Shown here piece by piece: positions 63,501 to 64,000 of a stretch of 64,000 nt of DNA; the first letter of the stretch is position 1, and each line of letters begins with the position of its first letter. This stretch comes from Dehalococcoidia bacterium. GTDB taxonomy: Bacteria > Chloroflexota > Dehalococcoidia > Lucifugimonadales > CAJWER01. The position numbers were made by a program, and so were the translations under genes. Location of the stretch: positions 357,620 through 421,619 of the forward strand of contig CBDHCU010000001.1 in the NCBI GenBank assembly GCA_965261325.1. Reading direction: 5' to 3'. The notes beneath the pieces are model-generated. The model was not told the DNA's origin and ran no database searches. It was given only the letters and a program-made list of their open reading frames with translations.

Positions 63501-64000
63501 GACTTCCAGGAGCGGGACGATTACACGGGCGAGTACCGCCCCACGTCGGCCTTCCTGTTCCAGTTCCCGGGGGCGCCCGCCGTGCGCCAGGACACCACGC
63601 TGACCTTCCGGCTGACGGTTCGCAAGGAGGTCTCGTGGTTGAAAGACCGGGAATGCAACGGCGGCGTGACGGTCCATGAGTTGACGGTCACCGTCAAGGC
63701 CACCACGGTCGGCTTCGCTGAAAGGGTGGGGACGATGCCTCCGGTGCTGTTGCAGGCGGGGTCGAGCCGTCACTTCGACGTCAAGCCCTACTTCGGCCCG
63801 GCGCCCGACGCCCTCAGATACGAAGTGGCAGTGGCACCGGCCGGGGTCGCCAACGTGCGGCTGCGCGGGTCCGACCCAACGAAGGGGCTGTCGCCGACCG
63901 ACGTCATCGTCGAGGGGATTGCCGACGGCGAGGCCGTGGTGACGGTCAAGGCGTCCGCGGCCCAGCGTTACGGAGGCGCCACGGCCGTCCAGGCGTTCCG
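60507..64000 (+). CDS. Giant adhesin-like protein 3, segment 3 (same frame, continues past the window end)
   Basis: My hand translation after the TAG reads VAAGAGYIVGSPSMATVNVNDDDTRGITLTTTPPSDPPALTVAENDTARYAVVLTSEPT... and at the window end ...AAQRYGGATAVQAF. No plus-strand frame-3 ORF with a stop is listed after 60506, which fits a frame that stays open to 64000. It lacks its own signal peptide and starts mid-domain. Confidence 0.75.
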   Translation, partial: MAAGAGYIVGSPSMATVNVNDDDTRGITLTTTPPSDPPALTVAENDTARYAVVLTSEPTVTVTVTPVSASLATATVSGPLTFTTSNWDMAQTVTVTGVSDDATSVVISHTVAGGDYAAFAAPAVTVTVTAAVSGPVFSIDSPTVNESAGTLEFTVTLSPAPVSGDPLRRVFYRLATDPGTATGTAVGRDYTLSGTRVDFRATDVSGLKMISVALTDDGRPEFAETIRVELHTPTNASISGTNGLGVGTIEDNDTAVLSISGTNVDVQEGDPLTINVKLTPAGDRPITVTYATAAALTGVEAVAGTHYTALLNETLTFDANETLKSVTLQSLHDLIHDVNRNVAFELSNPVGGATIETGRAVYRINNRDDAPVIQITQPTANEHDGTLDFDVTLNGASAQQVTVDYADAGTGSATSGADYTAVTAGTLTFAARATGDADKQTVSVQILDDTLNVNDAAEAKNEHVNLVFSNPINATFTGESTADQTRTGTIVDNDLTLDTPTSDVALQVGQTHTVNLANIAFDADTYAASSSHPNIASTVVSGSGMSTIVTITAVAEGVATISAVVSVAATGSSITDTFTVTVTPLPVISITAVNNAVAEGSPAQFRVTANPAPSTPLTVSLNIAQTGNYVAPGGVGAKTVPFLANQATATYTVATVNDMVVAANGTVTATLAAGTGYTLSATQNAATVIVNNDTRGVTVSPTGVTVAEGGGTAQYTVVLIVQPTGNVTVTPSSDDTEVATVSGALTFTTSNWATPQTVTVTGVEDSIVNVNPRSASITHSVSGGGYDGVSAASVAVTVTDNDTRGITVSKSELSVSEGAGGTYTVRLNTQPTGNVTVTSTSDAPTVAPASLTFAAGNWNTPQTVTVTGVDDNLDDLDAVGTATITHAVAGGDYGANTVTAADVTVTVRQAGYFYPTDALTEGLSYNQPFTLTLPGYDDVTGTTTRTQMRVIREGMWERLPKPDGLDSSINADNAVLCWEEVGTAYTWVKDGVQITRPSDFQERDDYTGEYRPTSAFLFQFPGAPAVRQDTTLTFRLTVRKEVSWLKDRECNGGVTVHELTVTVKATTVGFAERVGTMPPVLLQAGSSRHFDVKPYFGPAPDALRYEVAVAPAGVANVRLRGSDPTKGLSPTDVIVEGIADGEAVVTVKASAAQRYGGATAVQAF

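Overview
High-GC (roughly 63-65% by eye) bacterial chromosomal segment. About three quarters of it encodes four very large surface or adhesin-type proteins with Sec signal peptides and Ca-binding repeats. (1) 106-3201: a 1031-aa GLUG-motif protein made of three ~334-aa units. (2) 5973-23096: a 5707-aa protein with 7 LRRs, 31 cadherin repeats in two near-identical tandem arrays, FN3, Calx-beta-like and PKD-like modules. (3) 28880-35002: a 2040-aa protein with putative-Ig modules, a PT linker, FN3, cadherin and three C-terminal PKD-like modules. (4) 42896 to beyond 64000: a reading frame of more than 7000 aa, broken by one frameshift near 46.1 kb and one in-frame TAG at 60504. Between giant genes 1 and 3 lies a 17.7-kb segment bracketed by ~0.65-kb inverted repeats. 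Each repeat encodes a copy of an unrecognisable ~130-aa acidic/basic protein, and the two copies differ mostly at synonymous sites. That segment carries an IS4-family element with target duplication, two paralogous SAM methyltransferases, a MarR regulator and giant gene 2. It also carries a vWA / PP2C-like / Ser-Thr-kinase cassette (TerY-P-triad architecture, with the PP2C gene frameshifted), two membrane proteins and an MscS channel. The intergenic DNA is crowded with at least four MITE-like families and REP-like nested hairpins. A 33-nt poly-C tract sits ~50 bp upstream of giant gene 3. No rRNA, tRNA or CRISPR was seen. All domain names come from motif recognition by eye; no HMM or BLAST search was possible. 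The repeat families suggest an uncultivated, Chloroflexota-like or similar organism, and the eukaryote-like domain set suggests host association, but both are guesses.
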